Of a stretch of 53,492 nucleotides of DNA, positions 49,201-53,492 are shown piece by piece (position 1 is the stretch's first letter; every line of letters starts with the position of its first letter). The position numbers and the translations under genes are program-made. The notes beneath the pieces are model-generated. The model was not told the origin of the DNA, made no database searches, and worked only from the letters and a program-made list of their open reading frames with translations. The stretch lies in NCBI RefSeq assembly GCF_001194135.2, contig NC_068999.1, positions 21,631,827 to 21,685,318 on the forward strand. The letters run 5' to 3'. The stretch is from Octopus bimaculoides (taxonomy: Eukaryota).

Positions 49201-49343
49201 ATAAGGTTACTGTCGTTCTTCTATTCCTAAAAACACGTTATCGTTGATTTTTATTTATTTATTCATTTTTGTGCGTAAGTTTAAATTACTTATTCTCGCA
49301 TTCTTTTGTATCTGTCGAACTGTTGAATATTGTGTGCGTGTAA

Positions 49344-49411
<68 letters not shown>

Positions 49412-50335
49412 TATACATTTACATATATATCTATATATTATACATATACGTGTATACACATAATATATATATATANNNNNNNNNNNNNNNNNNNNNNNNN
49501 NNNNNNNNNNNNNNNNNNNNNNNNNNNNNNNNNNNNNNNNNNNNNNNNNNNNNNNNNNNNNNNNNNNNNNNNNNNNNNNNNNNNNNNNNNNNNNNNNNNN
49601 NNNNNNNNNNNNNNNNNNNNNNNNNNNNNNNNNNNNNNNNNNNNNNNNAGATAAATGAGGCGGCGAGCTGGCAGTAACATTAGCACGCCGGGCAAAATGC
49701 TTAGCAGTATTTCATCTTTATGTTCTGAGTTCAAATTCTGTCGAGGTCGACTTTGCCTTTTATCCTTTCGGGGTCGATAAATTAAGTACCAGTTGTGTAC
49801 TGGGGTTGATCTAATCGACTGGCCAAAAATGTGGGGCCTTGCGGCTAGAGTAGAAAAGAATATACAGGTAGATAAAGACATATATATACGATATATACAT
49901 ATGGGTGTGACTTTGTGGTAAGAAGCTTGCGTCCCAACAACATGGTTCGGGGTTCAGTCCCACTGCGTGGTAACTTGGTCAAGTGTCTTCTACTATAGCC
50001 TCGGGCCGATTAAAGCCTTTTGAGTGGATTTGGTAAATGGAAACTGAAAGAAGCCCGTCGTATAATTACATATATATGTGTGTGTGTGTGTTTGCGTATA
50101 TATTTGTGTGTTTATGTCTGTGTTTGTCCCCTCACTATCACTTGACAACCGATGTTGGTGCGCTTACGTCCCCGTAACTTAGCAGTTCGGCAAAAGAGAT
50201 TGATAGAATAAGTACTAGGCTTACACAAAATAAGTCCAGGGGTCGATTTCTTCGACTAAAAGCGGTGCTCCAGCATGGCCACAGTCAAATGACTAAAGCA
50301 AATAAAAGAATATATATACATATTTAGGCATATAT

Positions 50336-50399
50336 GGTACTACTAAAGCAGCGCGGACGCGCGACTGCGCGTTCTGGTCCGCGCTGCTTTAGTAGTACA
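50336..50399. mobile_element. 64-bp GC-rich palindromic mini-MITE
   Basis: Perfect 22-bp IR GTACTACTAAAGCAGCGCGGAC. Direct repeat GGCATATA(T/C) at 50327-50335 and 50400-50408. Confidence 0.75.
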
Positions 50400-50680
50400 G
50401 GCATATACATACATACAAGCATACACACACATGTATTTATTATACATATACGTATTTATTTTATTCTTTTACTTGTCTCAATCATTTGACTGCAGCCATG
50501 CTGGAGCACCGCCTTAAAGGATTTTAGTCGAAGAAATAAACCCTAGGACTTATTCTTTGTAAGCCTAGTACTTATTCTATCGATCGTTTTGCCGAACCGA
50601 TAAGTTACATAAACACGCCAGCATCGGTTGTCAATGCCAAGCGATGGGGGTGGGGGTACAAACACACACACACACACATT

Positions 50681-50717
<37 letters not shown>

Positions 50718-50766
50718 GCGAAGGGTTATCAACCTNNNNNNNNNNNNNNNNNNNNNNNNNNNNNNN

Positions 50767-50806
<40 letters not shown>

Positions 50807-51114
50807 GCGAAGGGTTATCAACCTTGGACAAAATAAGCTCTCTGTTGGCACACCAGGCTAACAATGTTGTTTAGATTAGTGAAGAACTCCAAGTATTCTT
50901 ATAGCAAGGCCCAAAGGTTATGGTTCATCACAATTCTATATTGTAAATCCGAGGACAGGCTCTAGACAAACTGGTTTTTACACAGAGTGATCTATAAGAC
51001 AAGTAATAAATAATGGACATTATTTAATAGAGCAATTTTGGCTGACAGCTGCTTCCAGTAGCCGTTACTGATAGGCTTACTCAATCGGTCTATTGATAAG
51101 TCGAGAAGGATTGA

Positions 51115-51217
51115 ACGACCTAAAAAAAATAATGCTACTTTCGTCTGAGCCATTTCTGGTTATTGGTTATAAGCAGAAATGGCTCTGTTGAAAATAGCAT
51201 TAACTTTTTTAGGTCGT
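51115..51217. repeat. Imperfect inverted repeat / MITE-like hairpin (about 48-bp arms)
   Basis: acgacctaaaaaaaataatgcta...gagccatttctggtta versus taagcagaaatggctc...tagcattaacttttttaggtcgt. Confidence 0.75.
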
Positions 51218-51269
51218 AAGTGCTGTTGAGACATGTGAGACAGCGGTGATCCTTTTTGCAAGCTTTTCT

Positions 51270-51410
51270 GTCTAACCTCAGAGCCAAGACAAAACTATGT
51301 ACTGCATTGATCGGGTAGCTTCAGTCACATATGGACCGCCTCTTTCAGGCTTGCAAAGATTTCGGGTTGATTATCAGTCTGAAGAAAACGAGCATTCTTG
51401 ACACTCCATC
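51270..51410 (+). mobile_element. RTE/BovB-like reverse transcriptase remnant
   Basis: NLRAKTKLCTALIG*LQSHMDRLFQACKDFGLIISLKKTSIL resembles RLRAKTKV...LQxLMDRFSQACKDFGLTISLKKT, with the FADD segment deleted. Confidence 0.7.
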
Positions 51411-52216
51411 GGTTACGACGATGACGTGGGTTCCAGCTGATCCAATCGACGGACAGCCTGCTCGTAAAATTAACATGCAAGTGATTGAATACTCTAGAGA
51501 CATGCATACCTTTAACTTAGTTCTCAATGATATTCAGCGTGACACAGAATATGACAAGGCTGACCCTTTGAATTACTGGTATCACTATTTTTGCCAGTAG
51601 AGTAGATTGGAACAACATGAAATAAAGCGTCTTGCTTAAGGAGACAACGTGTCGCCGGCAATCGAACTCACGACCCGAATACTTCAACCGCTAAGCCACG
51701 CGCCTTTATGTACCTTGGGTAGAGATATAGAAACACTATCGGTCATAGTAATTCGTCACTACTATCACTGAAAACCTTGGTGAGTGACAAGAGGTTCGAG
51801 ATGGCAGCTCGTCTTCTAATCGTGAGTGTGAACAAATCCCAAGCTAATTATTAAAGCAAAGATGGCAATCAACAATGCGTGTGTCATAGGCAGCGGGGTA
51901 TAGACTACATATGCTAGATAGGAGAGAAGACTGAACACCTTCCACTTAAGCAATATACACTGCATATTAAAGAGTGTCAATGCAGTTGTCCTGTCCCGTG
52001 CTAGACTTCCCAGTATGTACACTCAGCTCGGGAACGAAGATTGCATTGGCAGGCCTACGTCCATTACAAGAAGAATAGTTACATTCCAAAGGATAAATCC
52101 ACAATGGAGAAATAGCATCTGGGAATAGACCTATTAAACGTACTTGGCTGCACAACATGAACGTGTGCATGAAGGATATGTAAACGCTTGATATGAGTAC
52201 GGAATCCTAGGAGAGC

Positions 52217-53492
52217 TGTGGTGTTATGGGCTGTGATGAGCTGTGTGTTGTTGGTGGAGAGAGGTGAGGCAAACAGAAGTGAAGCCAGACCGGAAGGGTC
52301 AGACCGGAAGGGCCAGACCGGAAGGGTCAGACCGGAAGTCGGACACNNNNNNNNNNNNNNNNNNNNNNNNNNNNNNNNNNNNNNNNNNNNNNNNNNNNNN
52401 NNNNNNNNNNNNNNNNNNNNNNNNNNNNNNNNNNNNNNNNNNNNNNNNNNNNNNNNNNNNNNNNNNNNNNNNNNNNNNNNNNNNNNNNNNNNNNNNNNNN
52501 NNNNNNNNNNNNNNNNNNNNNNNNNNNNNNNNNNNNNNNNNNNNNNNNNNNNNNNNNNNNNNNNNNNNNNNNNNNNNNNNNNNNNNNNNNNNNNNNNNNN
52601 NNNNNNNNNNNNNNNNNNNNNNNNNNNNNNNNNNNNNNNNNNNNNNNNNNNNNNNNNNNNNNNNNNNNNNNNNNNNNNNNNNNNNNNNNNNNNNNNNNNN
52701 NNNNNNNNNNNNNNNNNNNNNNNNNNNNNNNNNNNNNNNNNNNNNNNNNNNNNNNNNNNNNNNNNNNNNNNNNNNNNNNNNNNNNNNNNNNNNNNNNNNN
52801 NNNNNNNNNNNNNNNNNNNNNNNNNNNNNNNNNNNNNNNNNNNNNNNNNNNNNNNNNNNNNNNNNNNNNATTTTTAGAGATGGAAGAGAGGGACCAAGTT
52901 AGCGCGGAGAAAATAGAAATCCGCTTGATGGAGGCCTTCGCAGAAGGAATGTTTGAGGTGTACGCTCGCCTGGGGAGAGCGAAGTGGACCGGCGAACAGG
53001 TCGACGTGTTTGCCAACGAACTTAGGAGGTTGGCTAGACTGGCAGGGTACGAGGGAGAATCGCTGGATCGAACAGTAAAGTTGGCATTTGTAACTGGGTT
53101 TCCTGACCACATGTCGGTCGAATTACAGAAACTGTCGGACGTGAACGCCATGCCCATGGCGGATATAATAACGAGGACTCGTATGTTAGTTTCGTGTTGT
53201 AGATCGACACCGTTGGCAGCAACGGCCACAGCAAAATGTGGCCGACCAAGGAGTAGCGGAGAGGGGTCGAACAAGGAACGTGTGCGACCGTTCAAAGGAC
53301 AGTGTTTCCGGTGTCAGGGCCCGCACATGGTGCGAGACTGCAAGTTACCCAAGCCTGGGGTCATTTGCTACCGTTGTCGAGAAACGGGACATATAGCCAG
53401 CGAATGTCTGCAGGGAAACGGTCTAAGGGAGACTACTGCGCCAGTGGTCGTCCCTTCGGATCAATAAAGGCGCATTTTTTTCTACCCGTTGT
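52217..53492 (+). mobile_element. Gypsy-like LTR retrotransposon, 5' part (putative LTR, gap, gag, start of pol)
   Basis: GC-rich TG-starting segment at about 52217, then an N-gap, then an intact gag ORF. The element runs off the window, so LTR pair and TSD cannot be confirmed. Confidence 0.75.
52880..53467 (+). CDS. Retrotransposon Gag with two zinc knuckles (5' end may lie in the gap)
   Basis: 195-aa ORF with capsid-like helices (VDVFANELRRLARLAG...VKLAFVTGFPD) and knuckles CFRCQGPHMVRDC and CYRCRETGHIASEC, followed by QGN. Confidence 0.9.
   Translation: MEERDQVSAEKIEIRLMEAFAEGMFEVYARLGRAKWTGEQVDVFANELRRLARLAGYEGESLDRTVKLAFVTGFPDHMSVELQKLSDVNAMPMADIITRTRMLVSCCRSTPLAATATAKCGRPRSSGEGSNKERVRPFKGQCFRCQGPHMVRDCKLPKPGVICYRCRETGHIASECLQGNGLRETTAPVVVPSDQ

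Noticed and set aside
50695-50826. Exact repeat of (TA)n-ATAGCGAAGGGTTATCAACCT on both sides of a short gap
   Set aside because: Most likely an unmerged contig overlap or allelic microsatellite length difference, not a real duplication.
9817-52902. Long ORFs in the track containing runs of X (for example 11515-12618, 38878-39999, 45969-46793, 52327-53295)
   Set aside because: They are artefacts of N-gaps read through flanking microsatellites, or antisense to gag.

Overview
AT-rich, repeat-dense animal genomic DNA with many N-gaps flanked by microsatellites. The SINE/LINE repertoire looks like a coleoid cephalopod, probably Octopus (inference from recognised repeat motifs, not a database hit). 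The only host gene I can support is a complete 5-exon NUS1 (Nogo-B receptor, cis-prenyltransferase subunit) on the minus strand. Its CDS is join(complement 48567-48981, 17153-17275, 9592-9750, 5438-5537, 4094-4184) = 888 nt, 295 aa, with GT-AG introns of 31.3, 7.4, 4.1 and 1.3 kb and a terminal RxG motif (QRCGK). The introns hold tRNA-derived SINEs, RTE-type LINE ends, RLE-type and Penelope-like fragments, a deleted Tc1/mariner-superfamily element, and hAT-like (8-bp TSD) and piggyBac-like (TTAA) MITEs. The window ends inside a Gypsy-like LTR element with a gag ORF and a textbook -1 frameshift signal. The most interesting unexplained structure is three separate type I hammerhead-ribozyme folds (6763-6808 minus, 38832-38906 plus, 43918-43960 minus). 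One lies in a tRNA-headed, direct-repeat-flanked SINE-like element and one in a 348-bp terminally redundant, retrozyme-like unit. Two of the three are sense to the NUS1 pre-mRNA. Several long hairpins, a candidate nested exon and a promoter-like cluster in intron 1 also merit checking. All ribozyme and hairpin calls come from manual base-pairing and are untested.
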